The translations under genes and the position numbers were made by a program. A stretch of DNA of 64,000 bases from Planctomycetota bacterium (GTDB lineage: Bacteria; Planctomycetota; JAJSAM01; JAJVHW01), in contig CBDFJG010000003.1 in NCBI GenBank assembly GCA_965248445.1, positions 1,216,001-1,280,000 on the forward strand, written 5' to 3'. Positions 10,271 through 19,382 of this stretch are shown piece after piece. Each line of letters opens with the position of its first letter. Position 1 is the first letter of the stretch. Below the pieces are notes generated by a model. It worked only from the letters and a program-made list of their open reading frames with translations. It ran no database searches and was not told the origin of the DNA.

Positions 10271-10567
10271 CTATCCGGAGTGCACGCCGAGATACTTGCG
10301 GGGATTGCGGAACACCATGCGAGCCGGCAGGGCGGTGCACAGCAGGGCTGTCACCAACGTGAGCACTTGGCCGACCCACCGGTGCTCCGGCCACCAGGAC
10401 TCGAACGAGATCGGAAACAGCACCAACTTGACCGACACCACCAACAGCAGATACCAGAGCGCACAGAGCATCGCGACGCCGATGAGAAGCCGAGCCATTC
10501 GGACGCGCGCAGGCCGGCGCGGCAGCACCTCGATCGTCCGCTTCTTCCAGAGGTGCTCGTCGTTCAT
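10271..10567 (-). CDS. Small hypothetical membrane protein (2 TM)
   Basis: ATG at 10567 (MNDEHLWKK...), two hydrophobic segments, co-oriented with the downstream lipoprotein. Confidence 0.55.
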   Translation of the reverse strand: MNDEHLWKKRTIEVLPRRPARVRMARLLIGVAMLCALWYLLLVVSVKLVLFPISFESWWPEHRWVGQVLTLVTALLCTALPARMVFRNPRKYLGVHSG

Positions 10568-10781
10568 CCGCTCACTCTCGTATTCACGGCGCCGAGCAGC
10601 CGCGGGCGGCGCGGAGCGAACAGTGGCGCGGAGGGCTCCACACCCCCACCGTACCCGAACGCGCTCACGCAGAGCGCCCGGCGCCCCACCGTTCGAGTAG
10701 GCTGACGCAGCCCGGACTGTTCCTGGTCTACGTCGACCACCGAGCGACGTGCCATGCACAAGTGGTGACGGAGACCGAACG

Positions 10782-11471
10782 ATGCCCGATTCCCTCCCCG
10801 AACAGCTCTTGGAGATGCGCCTCCACGTGGACGGAGATACGTGGGTGCCCACGCCTCATGGAGAGTTCATGGCACAGGTGCTGGCCGGGCAGAACCTGGT
10901 CGAAGGGAGACGGGTTCTCGAGATCGGAGGCGGCGCGGCCAACCACACGATCATCCTCCTGCGCCAGGGCGCCAAGCACGTCGTCGTGACCGAGATCACC
11001 GCGGACCTGCTCGCGGCGAACCGGCGCAACGTCGAGCACAACTGTCCCGGGGACCGCGACCGGATCGAATACCGGGTCGCCGACTGGTTGGACACGCCGG
11101 GTTCGTTCGACCTCATCGTCACGAACCCGCCTTTTTGCAAGAGCGGGAAGCAGAACCGGCGCTACTTCATCGACTCCCTCATTCTCGACGGACACAAGCG
11201 GCTCGCGAGCGGAGGCTCGCTGCTCTTCATTCAGTCGTCCATGGCGGACCTCGCGAAGACGCGGGCCCGGCTCGACGAGAACGGATACGAAGTCGAGATT
11301 CTCGCGAGCCGGAGGGGTCCCTTCCGCGACTACTACTTCGAGGACGCGGCGTTCATGAAAGAGATCGAGGACGTGCCGGGCGCCTACGAGAAAGACGGGT
11401 CGACGTTCATCGAGACACTGTCCGTCGTCTCGGCACGCCTGCGAGATCGGGGGGAAGCGGCGCAACCATGA
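10782..11471 (+). CDS. Class I SAM-dependent methyltransferase (HemK-like, NPPF motif)
   Basis: VLEIGGGA motif I, FDLIVTNPPF motif IV; GGAG upstream of ATG 10782. Confidence 0.8.
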   Translation: MPDSLPEQLLEMRLHVDGDTWVPTPHGEFMAQVLAGQNLVEGRRVLEIGGGAANHTIILLRQGAKHVVVTEITADLLAANRRNVEHNCPGDRDRIEYRVADWLDTPGSFDLIVTNPPFCKSGKQNRRYFIDSLILDGHKRLASGGSLLFIQSSMADLAKTRARLDENGYEVEILASRRGPFRDYYFEDAAFMKEIEDVPGAYEKDGSTFIETLSVVSARLRDRGEAAQP

Positions 11472-11487
11472 CGCGACGGCGCGCGCG

Positions 11488-11565
11488 TGGTACCCCCGAC
11501 GGGATTCGAACCCGTGTACCCAGCTTGAAAGGCTGGTGTCCTAGACCTAACTAGACGACAGGGGC
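11488..11565 (-). tRNA. tRNA-Glu (anticodon TTC), CCA encoded
   Basis: Reverse complement GCCCCTGTCGTCTAGTTAGGTCTAGGACACCAGC-CTTTCAA-GCTGGGTACACGGGTTCGAATCCCGTCGGGGGTACCA forms a cloverleaf. Confidence 0.95.
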
Positions 11566-11655
11566 ACCGTTGCGCGTTCGCGCGCCCGTTATAGGGCGGG
11601 AACGCGCGGAGGCTCAGACTTCGAGCGGCCCGGCTCTCGCCGTGAGCCGCAGGAA

Positions 11656-12213
11656 TCAGACCTCCAAGATGTCGGCGGTCTTCTTCTCGAGCGCCTCGGT
11701 CACTTTCTTCTCGAAGCCCTGGATCAACTCGTCGACGCCGCCCTTGAGGCGCTTCAGGTCGTCCTCGCCGAGGTCGCCGGCCTTCTTGGCGGTGTCTGCG
11801 TGGCGATTCGCCTCGCGACGGATGTTGCGCAGCGCGACGCGGCTCTCCTCCGCCTTGTCGCGGACGAGCGAGACGTACTGCTTGCGCCGGTCCTCGGAGA
11901 GCGGCGGGATGGCCAGCCGGATGAGCTTGCCGTCGCTCTGCGGCGTGATGCCGAGTTCGGACTTCTGGACCGCCTTGACGACGTCGCTGACGAGACTCGC
12001 ATCGAACGGCTTGATGACGATCAGACGCGGCTCGGGGATCGAGATGCTCGCGACGTGCTTGAGCGGGGAGACGGCGCCGTAGCAGTCCACGCGAACGTCC
12101 TCGACCAGACCGGGCGACGCCCGGCCGGTGCGAACACCGCGGAACGAGTGGATCAGGTGCTCGAGCGCCTTCTCCATCTTCTCTTCCGCTTCGAGAAGTG
12201 TCTCTTCGTACAT
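11656..12213 (-). CDS. frr: Ribosome recycling factor
   Basis: VRTGRASP, IPPLSEDRRK, RVALRNIRREAN; start at 12213 (GGAG SD) or 12225. Confidence 0.97.
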   Translation of the reverse strand: MYEETLLEAEEKMEKALEHLIHSFRGVRTGRASPGLVEDVRVDCYGAVSPLKHVASISIPEPRLIVIKPFDASLVSDVVKAVQKSELGITPQSDGKLIRLAIPPLSEDRRKQYVSLVRDKAEESRVALRNIRREANRHADTAKKAGDLGEDDLKRLKGGVDELIQGFEKKVTEALEKKTADILEV

Positions 12214-12312
12214 CGTGGTCTCCATGGCCGCCCGTCCGGCGCCTTCTCGTCCGCGTCAGCGGACGAACCAATGAGCCGGATCGTACCCGGTCAACCGGAG
12301 GGGCGGCCCGAT

Positions 12313-12343
12313 CGTTCGAATCGGCGTTCGAACGGGCGTTCGA
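12313..12343. repeat. Short 12-bp-period tandem repeat (CGTTCGAA core x3) just after the pyrH stop
   Basis: cgttcgaa tcgg cgttcgaa cggg cgttcga. Confidence 0.6.
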
Positions 12344-13063
12344 CTACGCGGACGTGACGCGGGTTCCGACGGGGCGGCCCAGCGCTGCGTCCTGGATCGC
12401 GCCGTCCCGCCGCATGTCGAAGACGATCACGTCGAGGGCGTTGTCGCGGCAGAGCGCGAACGCGGCACCGTCCATGACGCCCAGATCACGGGCGAGGCAC
12501 TCGTCGAACGTGATCTGCTCGAAGCGTTCGGCATCGGGGTGCGTCGCCGGATCCGCCGAGTAGACGCCGTCCACCTTCGTCGCTTTGAGCAGGCGATGCG
12601 CGCCGATCTCCAGGGCGCGCAGCGCTGCGGCGGTGTCGGTGGTGAAGAACGGATGACCGGTGCCGCCGGCGAGCACGACGACGCTCCCGCTGCCGAGCAG
12701 CGCACGGGCCCGTTCCGCTGTGAACGTCTCCGCGACCTCCGGGACGCGCAGGCCGGTCAGAAGCGCCGCCGGCCGCCCCACCGCGCGGATCTGGTCGCGA
12801 AGTAGCAGCCCGTTCATCACGGTCGCCAGCATGCCCATGCGGTCGGCGCTGTCGCGCTGCACCGGCGTGCCGGCGAGCTCGGCACCGCGGAAGACGTTGC
12901 CGCCCCCGACGACGACCGCCACCTCGACTCCGCTCGCCGCCGTGTCCGCGATCTGCGCGGCGATGTGCGCGGCGCTCTCGGCGTCGACGCCTCGGCCCCC
13001 CGGGCGGCAGAACGCCTCACCCGATAGCTTGAGCAGAACCCGCGGCGTGACGTCGTCGGTCAA
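12344..13063 (-). CDS. pyrH: Uridylate kinase
   Basis: RVLLKLSGE, VVVGGGNVFRG, GMLATVMN, PFFTTDT, KATKVDGVY; probable TTG start at 13063. Confidence 0.97.
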   Translation of the reverse strand: MTDDVTPRVLLKLSGEAFCRPGGRGVDAESAAHIAAQIADTAASGVEVAVVVGGGNVFRGAELAGTPVQRDSADRMGMLATVMNGLLLRDQIRAVGRPAALLTGLRVPEVAETFTAERARALLGSGSVVVLAGGTGHPFFTTDTAAALRALEIGAHRLLKATKVDGVYSADPATHPDAERFEQITFDECLARDLGVMDGAAFALCRDNALDVIVFDMRRDGAIQDAALGRPVGTRVTSA

Positions 13064-13071
13064 CGGCGCTG

Positions 13072-13719
13072 TTAGTCCTCGCCTTCCTGGCCATCGTCGG
13101 CGCCCGGAACCGGGACGTCGTCGCCGACCTCCCATCGCGCGAACCGGCGCAGCTGCACGTTCTCGTGGAAGCCGGACTTCGAACGGGCCTGCACGAGCAC
13201 GTCGTTGACGGTGCCCTTGGACGTGTCCATCGCGTAGTCCTGCTCGAGCAGGACACAGGTCTTGAAGAACGAGTTCATCTTGCCCTCGAGGATCTTCTCC
13301 TGGATCTGCGCGGGCTTGTCCTTGATCTGCTCGATGTGGATCGCCTTCTCACGCTCGACCTGGTCGGCCGGCACCTCGCTGCGGTGCAGATACTTCGGCG
13401 CCGGGTAGGCGGCCGCCACGTGCATCGCGAACTGATTTGCGAGTGCGATGAAGTCGGGGTTCTTCGCCACGAAGTCCGTCTCGCTCAGCAGCTCGACCAT
13501 GGCGCCGAGCTTGCCGTTGTGATGGATGTAGGACGCGATCACGCCCTCCTTCGTGGCGCGGCCGGCGCGGCTCTCGCTCTGCTTGACGCCCTTCGCGCGG
13601 AGGATGTCCACCGCCTTCTCGAGGTCTCCACCGGCCTCGATGAGGGCCTTCTTGCAGTCCATCATCCCGCCGCCGGTCTTGGCGCGGAGCTTCATCACGG
13701 TCTTGGCGTCGATGTTCAT
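13072..13719 (-). CDS. tsf: Elongation factor Ts (short form, 215 aa)
   Basis: KLRAKTGGGMMDCKKAL, SETDFVA motif; position between rpsB and pyrH. Confidence 0.97.
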   Translation of the reverse strand: MNIDAKTVMKLRAKTGGGMMDCKKALIEAGGDLEKAVDILRAKGVKQSESRAGRATKEGVIASYIHHNGKLGAMVELLSETDFVAKNPDFIALANQFAMHVAAAYPAPKYLHRSEVPADQVEREKAIHIEQIKDKPAQIQEKILEGKMNSFFKTCVLLEQDYAMDTSKGTVNDVLVQARSKSGFHENVQLRRFARWEVGDDVPVPGADDGQEGED

Positions 13720-13798
13720 GGCGTTCCTCGGGTGTTGCGGCGCAGGGGTGTGCGCCTCCGGCCGGCGCCCCGGCGGATGCGGGGCCCAATCCCAATAC

Positions 13799-13845
13799 CT
13801 CGGGCAGTCTCTCGGCCAATCTCTCGGGCAGTCTCTCGGCGGTCT
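13799..13845. repeat. 12-bp-period degenerate tandem repeat (x4) just after the rpsB stop
   Basis: ctcgggcagtct ctcggccaatct ctcgggcagtct ctcggcggtct. Confidence 0.7.
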
Positions 13846-14829
13846 CTACTCGGCCGGCGTGTCGCCGGCGGGCGGCGTCGCGTCGGGGGTGGCTTCCGGA
13901 GCGGGATCAGCAGCTGGCGCTGCCGGCGCTGGGGCCTCGGGAGCCGCAGGCGTCTCCGCCGCGGCGGGCGCGTCTGCCGGAGTCGGCGCGGGCGTCTCCG
14001 CGGGCGCGTCCGGTGTCGTACTGGCGCGGCGCACCACGACGGTCTTCGAGGGACCGCGCCGCCCGGCCTCGCCGGTCGCCCGGGCGATCGCGTCCTGCGT
14101 GCTCTCGTCCATCCCGCCGCGGCGGAACTCGGCGGCGCGCGACTTGGCGGCCTTCTTGCCGGTCATGCACGACTCCGACAGGCGCTTGAGGAGCACCGTC
14201 ACGCTGCGCATCGCATCGTCGTTGCCCGGGATCGGGATGTCGATCGGGTCGGGATCGCAGTCGCTGTCCACGATGGCGATGATCGGGATGTTCTCGCGGT
14301 TCGCCTCGCGAACGGCGATGTGCTCGCGCTTCGGATCCACGATCACGACCGCGCCGGGAAGGTTGCTCATCGCGCGGATGCCGGAGAGGTTCTTGAGCAG
14401 CTTGCGCTTCTCGCGGTTGTGCCGCGACTGCGCCTTCTTCGACAGCGTGATCAACTCGCCGGTCGTCTCGATCGCCTCGAGTTCCTCGAGGCGGTTCAGC
14501 CGACCGCGAATGGTCTCGAAGTTCGTGAGCGTGCCACCGAGCCAGCGCTCGGTCACGAACGGCATCTCACAGCGCATCGACTCCTCACGGATGACGTTCT
14601 TCGCACTGCGCTTCGTGCCGACGAACAGCACGTCGTAGCCCTCGGCGGTGACGGCACGCAGGAAGTGCGTTGCCCGCGCCAGACCACGCACGGTGGCCTT
14701 CAGGTCGATGATGTGGATGGTGTTGCGCTTCCCGAGAAGGAAGGGCTTCATCTTCGGGTTCCACCGGCTGGTGCGATGTCCGAAGTGGACTCCCGCTTCG
14801 AGGAGTTCGTTCACGCTGACGACTGCCAC
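13846..14829 (-). CDS. rpsB: 30S ribosomal protein S2 with Pro/Ala-rich C-terminal tail
   Basis: LLEAGVHFGH..RWNPKM, RWLGGTLTNF, IPGNDD; GTG start with GGAGG SD. Confidence 0.98.
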   Translation of the reverse strand: MAVVSVNELLEAGVHFGHRTSRWNPKMKPFLLGKRNTIHIIDLKATVRGLARATHFLRAVTAEGYDVLFVGTKRSAKNVIREESMRCEMPFVTERWLGGTLTNFETIRGRLNRLEELEAIETTGELITLSKKAQSRHNREKRKLLKNLSGIRAMSNLPGAVVIVDPKREHIAVREANRENIPIIAIVDSDCDPDPIDIPIPGNDDAMRSVTVLLKRLSESCMTGKKAAKSRAAEFRRGGMDESTQDAIARATGEAGRRGPSKTVVVRRASTTPDAPAETPAPTPADAPAAAETPAAPEAPAPAAPAADPAPEATPDATPPAGDTPAE

Positions 14830-15085
14830 GGCATACCTCCGGTCCCGACCGATCCGGACACGAGCGCGCTCTCAACGGGTCGGCTGCTGAACAGACGACC
14901 GTCTCAACAGCGTTAGCTGTTGAACAGAACACGCTGGGAAGGGCTTACGCATCGCGGCGGGAGGACCGTCCTCCCTCTCCGCGCCGAGCCCTCCGCCGGA
15001 CGTGCGGGGGTTCCTGAATCACGAACCGCGGAGGGTAGCCGCGGCGTGCTGGGGCCGCGAAGTTCTCCAGCCTGGCCGGCCCCGC

Positions 15086-16006
15086 CTAACCACCTGGCCG
15101 GTGGCGGGTCGCGGCCTCGTGGAGCGCAGCCGCGGCCGCGGCGAGGCCGGAGCGGCCGTAAGTGCGGGCCAGATTCGGCAGATACGCCCGCTCGACGTCG
15201 TCGGCGAAGCCCGCAGCGGACTGGACGTGGAAGGCCTCGACGAACCGCTCCCCGGTCTCGCCCCCGCCGTAGGGCAGCAGCCGGGAGTTCCAGGCCGCCA
15301 GCCCCATCGCGACATGGTCATAGCGGCGGTAGCGGTCGTTCTGGGACGCGAACAGGCCGAGCAGCCGCCGCTTCTCCGGCGCGACGTCCGTGATGTCCAC
15401 CAGGCCGTTGGCCGGCAGCGCGTTGTGGACCTGGTAGGCCCAGACCGCCGCGTCCGTCGGCTGCCTCAGGAGCGCGAGCGCCAGCAGGTGGACCACGAGC
15501 CGGTGCTTGGGCGGGCGGTCCAGGACCCAGGGCGCGAGGATCACGTCCGGGGCGGAGTCACCGATCGCGGCGGCGAGACGCTCGACGTGCTCGAGGCCGG
15601 GGTGTGGTTCGACGTTCGAGATGCCTAGCTCGACGACCGAGGCGCCGATCGCGGCGGCTACCTCCCGCAGTTCCCCCATGCGGCGCTGCGCGGACTCCTC
15701 CACAGTCATGTCGTCCCGCTGCTGAGCACCGTCGGTAGCCGCGACGATCGTGATGCGTGCGCCTTCTTGAGCCAAACGCAGCATCGTGCCACCGGCGCCG
15801 ATGGTCTCGTCGTCAGGGTGCGGCGCAATGACGAGAGCGCTCCGTACGCTCGTGAGCGCGAGCAGCCCCGGCTTCTCGAAGCGCAGGTAGTTGTCGGTCG
15901 CGAGCAACTGCGCGGAGAGGTCGATGTCGTCCAGGCGGCGCCACGACGGCGGCGTGCCGCCAAGGGCGCGAACGATGCGAGCGCGCAGCCGGTCGAGAAG
16001 ACTCAC
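15086..16006 (-). CDS. PIG-L/LmbE family N-deacetylase
   Basis: LVIAPHPDDETIGAGG, ATDG, RRMGEL; GTGA overlap with the sulfotransferase stop. Confidence 0.85.
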   Translation of the reverse strand: MSLLDRLRARIVRALGGTPPSWRRLDDIDLSAQLLATDNYLRFEKPGLLALTSVRSALVIAPHPDDETIGAGGTMLRLAQEGARITIVAATDGAQQRDDMTVEESAQRRMGELREVAAAIGASVVELGISNVEPHPGLEHVERLAAAIGDSAPDVILAPWVLDRPPKHRLVVHLLALALLRQPTDAAVWAYQVHNALPANGLVDITDVAPEKRRLLGLFASQNDRYRRYDHVAMGLAAWNSRLLPYGGGETGERFVEAFHVQSAAGFADDVERAYLPNLARTYGRSGLAAAAAALHEAATRHRPGG

Positions 16007-16953
16007 GCGCGCCACTCGGGCAGATCGTCGCCCAGCAACGCCGCGAGCCGTGCGACAGATGGCGCGAATTGCTCGCGGAGGCGCGCGCGGAGGCCTGCGT
16101 CCATGGTCATCGCCGCAGCGGGACGGCGGAACGGCGCACACAGCGTGTTCGTGAGACGCCGTTCGCGTGTTGCACGATCTGCGCGCCCGCGTGACATGCG
16201 CGAGGCCAGTCTCCGGGCCCCCCGTCCGTACGCAGCTTCGAGACCGCCGAGTCCGAGCGCGCCGACCCACGGCCGCCGCACCGTCGTCCAGTTCTGGTTG
16301 TGTCGCGATCCCCCGGCGGTGTGACCGCGTTCGGGATCCACGCCGAGAAACGTGTACACGCGGCGCAGTGCGGCTGCCGGATCTGCGAGTGTGCGTTCCA
16401 TGACGAGAGTCAGCACCTGATCGCGCGGGAACAGCGCGAGGATCCTCCCGACAGATTCGTCGTATCGCCCGCGCGCGGCGTAGGAGAGATGGAAGCGCGC
16501 CCAGTCGCTCTCGTTCGCACGCTGCTCCTCGGCCGCGAGCGCGTCGTCGAACGGCAGCGTCTCACGACCCTTGCCCACCTCGTTCCAATACTGCGACCAC
16601 GCGCGGGTCACCGGGTCGCGCAATGTGATCACGAGGCGGACCTGTGGCACGAGAGTCGCGAGCCGGCGCGTCGCCGGTTCCCAGAAGAGGATGTCCGCGC
16701 ACTTCTCACCGATCGCTGTGTACTGCGTCGCGGACTCGAAGCGCCGCGCGTAGTCCTCGACGTCGTGGTCCGTGTCCCAGCCTTCGAGATCGATGCGCGG
16801 CACGTCGCTGCGACTGCGCAGCGGACCGTCGACGAAGTACATCGTGTCCTGCTGATCCGGGAGACGCACGTCGGGGTGGCCGCGCATCCAGTGATAGAGG
16901 GATGAGGTGCCACAGCGCCGCCCGCCTGCAATGAGGAACGTCGGAAGCGTCAA
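16003..16953 (-). CDS. PAPS-dependent sulfotransferase
   Basis: PTFLIAGGRRCGTSSL (5'-PSB), GEKC, LRDPVTRAWSQY (3'-PB); TTGA overlap. Confidence 0.88.
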   Translation of the reverse strand: MTLPTFLIAGGRRCGTSSLYHWMRGHPDVRLPDQQDTMYFVDGPLRSRSDVPRIDLEGWDTDHDVEDYARRFESATQYTAIGEKCADILFWEPATRRLATLVPQVRLVITLRDPVTRAWSQYWNEVGKGRETLPFDDALAAEEQRANESDWARFHLSYAARGRYDESVGRILALFPRDQVLTLVMERTLADPAAALRRVYTFLGVDPERGHTAGGSRHNQNWTTVRRPWVGALGLGGLEAAYGRGARRLASRMSRGRADRATRERRLTNTLCAPFRRPAAAMTMDAGLRARLREQFAPSVARLAALLGDDLPEWRA

Positions 16954-17939
16954 CGACCGTCCTTCCGACGGCCGCTGGTCAGATGGCGCATGCGGCGCGC
17001 CACACGCCGCGGGAGCGACGGCACGGACGACGACGAGCGCGGCCGGGACTGCACGTCGCGCGCGAACGCGAGGAGCTCCCGTGCCGCCGCTGCGCTGTCC
17101 GGCGAGAGGTCCCGGGCCGGCTCCACGGGGCGGCAGAGGAAGCCCAGGTGGTACGACGCGCTCCAGAGCGACACGGGCTCGAACCCGGACAGGCGCAGCA
17201 GCGCTTCGGTCGACTCGTGGGTCCAGGCGAACGGGTGGTCGATCTTGAGGGCCGCCGCCGCGGACCCGCGGCGATGCAGCTCGTAGCGGAAGTCGACGAT
17301 GTCGGTGAAGAACAGCCCGTCGTCCTTCACGAGCGAGCGGACGCGGCGGAACACGGTGAGCGGATCGAGCAAGTGGTCGATCGTCTTGCAGATGAGCACC
17401 ATCTCGTAGGGCTCGTCGCCGACGTCCGCGCTCTCGGCCAGCCCCACCACCGTGTCGAGGCCCTTCGCGCGGGCCTCCGCCAGTTCGGCATCGCTCGGAT
17501 CGACGACGGTCGGCGTCAGTCCGAGCACGTCGCGCACGCGCGCCGCAACCGTTCCCGTCGATCCGCCGATGTCGAGTGCGCGGCCGGACTGCCGCACGTG
17601 CGGCGCGAGGAACCCGTCGACGAGCCGCTTCGCGTACTTGCCCTGGTTCGCCTGGATCGACTTCTCGTCGACGGGCCGGCCGTAGCGCAGCGCGAGAATC
17701 TTGCGGTACGTCCCGGCGTAGAAAGCGGCCGCACTGTCGGCGGTCATCCGCGGATCGGCGTAGACCGTGCTGCACGTCATGCAGAGCTGGTACGGGACGG
17801 AGAAGCCGTAGCGCTCCTCCTCGGCCAGCAGTGTGCGGTACGTGGCGGCGCAGACCGGGCACGCACCCAGCGCGGTCGTCTCGACCTCGCCGTAGTCGAA
17901 CCCCGTCTCCTCGCGCAGTCTCTGCGCCACCGTCGCCAT
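16950..17939 (-). CDS. Class I SAM methyltransferase with N-terminal CxxC...CxxC zinc ribbon
   Basis: CPVC, CMTC, LDIGGSTG, TIDHLLDP. Confidence 0.82.
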   Translation of the reverse strand: MATVAQRLREETGFDYGEVETTALGACPVCAATYRTLLAEEERYGFSVPYQLCMTCSTVYADPRMTADSAAAFYAGTYRKILALRYGRPVDEKSIQANQGKYAKRLVDGFLAPHVRQSGRALDIGGSTGTVAARVRDVLGLTPTVVDPSDAELAEARAKGLDTVVGLAESADVGDEPYEMVLICKTIDHLLDPLTVFRRVRSLVKDDGLFFTDIVDFRYELHRRGSAAAALKIDHPFAWTHESTEALLRLSGFEPVSLWSASYHLGFLCRPVEPARDLSPDSAAAARELLAFARDVQSRPRSSSSVPSLPRRVARRMRHLTSGRRKDGR

Positions 17940-17983
17940 GGCGGGCCAGTCTGCCGCTCCGGCGGCAGCGCGGGAAGGAGCGT

Positions 17984-18472
17984 TCAGCGCGAGGCCCGCA
18001 CCGCCGCCTCGAACGCCAGGATCGCCCGCTCTACGGGAGGCGCAGGCTCGCTCTGGAACTCGTGGTGCCAGACGTGCCGTTCGTCGTCGGTCGCGAAGAC
18101 CAGAGTCGTGGTCATGTTCGCCGGCGAGCCGCGGTCGGTCGCGTGGAGGTCGCCTGCGAGCAGCGCCGTGAGCAGCGCGCTCAGTTCGTCCGGCGGCACG
18201 GTCCCGAGCGGAGTCTCGACCACCGGAGTGCCCGCGACCGGCCAGCGCCCGCTGAACGCGAAGCCATCGGACAGAACGGTGTTCGATCCTCCGCCACCGC
18301 TGAAACCGCCCGATGTCGAGAGCGTGGCGGACCACGGGCCGACCGGGGGTGACACGTCAGGTGACCCGCATCCGACGCCCATGCCAAACCCAAAGAACAG
18401 TAAGAACAGCGCCGCCGCGAGCGCGAGGCCCGCGGCGGCGCGGAGGATCGTCCGTGTGAGACTGCGGAACAT
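17984..18472 (-). CDS. Hypothetical exported protein/lipoprotein
   Basis: N-terminal hydrophobic stretch ending GVG-C; SGGFSG motif. Confidence 0.6.
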   Translation of the reverse strand: MFRSLTRTILRAAAGLALAAALFLLFFGFGMGVGCGSPDVSPPVGPWSATLSTSGGFSGGGGSNTVLSDGFAFSGRWPVAGTPVVETPLGTVPPDELSALLTALLAGDLHATDRGSPANMTTTLVFATDDERHVWHHEFQSEPAPPVERAILAFEAAVRASR

Positions 18473-18504
18473 GTCGCTCGTAGACGCTGGTTGCGGACCG
18501 GTGA

Positions 18505-19149
18505 CTAGAAGATCTTCTTCGCGATGCCGAGGACGTCGTCGAGACCGAAGCCGTCGTCGTCGTCGTCATCGCCGCCACCGAGGAAGCCGCCGAGCAGACC
18601 GGCGAGGCCGCCGCTGCTCTTCTTCTCTTCCTTCTGACCGCCGCCGAGGAGGCCCGCTGCGGCTCCGAGGAGGCCGCTGCTCTCCTGCTTCTGGCCGCCG
18701 AGCATTCCGGCTGCTGCGCCGAGCAGTCCGCCCGAGTCGGCCTTCTTGCCCATACCGCCCATGAACATGGTCGCGACGAGGGGGAGCATCTTCTTGAGGA
18801 TGCCCGTGTCGACGCCGCTCTTCTCGGACGCGCGCGCCGCGACGGCGCGGGAGACGTCCTTGCTGCCGAGGATGTGACCGAGGATGCCGTTGCCCTCTTG
18901 GGTCGTGGCAGCCTGGCTGAGCAGGTTGGGCTGCTCGAGGAACCGGGAGTGCTTCCCGCCCTGGAGCGCGCCGAGCAGGCCGCTCTCGCCGCCGCCCTGC
19001 ATGTTGCGCTGTACGCCGCGCGACAGCGCGGGCAGCAGGCTCTTGATGGCCGAGGTGGTCTGGTTGCCACTGAGACCGAACTGGGTCGAGAGCTGCTCGA
19101 CGGCGCCCCCGTTGCTTGCGCCAAGGATGGCTTCGAGAATTCCGGACAT
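18505..19149 (-). CDS. DUF937/YidB-like Gly-rich protein
   Basis: MSGILEAILG...QLSTQFGL...GNGILGHILG...LKKMLPLVA...DDVLGIAKKIF; AGGAG SD. Confidence 0.8.
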   Translation of the reverse strand: MSGILEAILGASNGGAVEQLSTQFGLSGNQTTSAIKSLLPALSRGVQRNMQGGGESGLLGALQGGKHSRFLEQPNLLSQAATTQEGNGILGHILGSKDVSRAVAARASEKSGVDTGILKKMLPLVATMFMGGMGKKADSGGLLGAAAGMLGGQKQESSGLLGAAAGLLGGGQKEEKKSSGGLAGLLGGFLGGGDDDDDDGFGLDDVLGIAKKIF

Positions 19150-19382
19150 GGACTGTCTCCTACGCGGGTCGCTCGACCTCGCTCTCGTTGTCCCCGTGGC
19201 GCCGGATCCGCGACGCGACATCCACATGTTCGCGTCGAACTCTGCCCGGTGCTCGAGGAGCAACCCCACACTCCCGCGCCTCTGACCCCCGCGGGAAGAG
19301 CCCGACAGATTACCGGGCGGCCTCACCTGCGCACGCATCGTGCCGGAACCGGGGGCGCGGCCGTTTGGCTACAGAGGTCGGG

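Noticed and set aside
11488..11565. tRNA-Glu or tRNA-Gln as island integration sites
   Set aside because: No integrase and no duplicated tRNA 3' end seen in the window.
13799..13845. Short repeat arrays as CRISPR
   Set aside because: Units are 12-17 bp, contiguous, without unique spacers; no cas genes in the window.
19154..19178. Partial match (TGTCTCC-TACGCGG) to the REP-like unit
   Set aside because: Short, lacks the hairpin, and is explained by the SD of the DUF937 gene on the minus strand.
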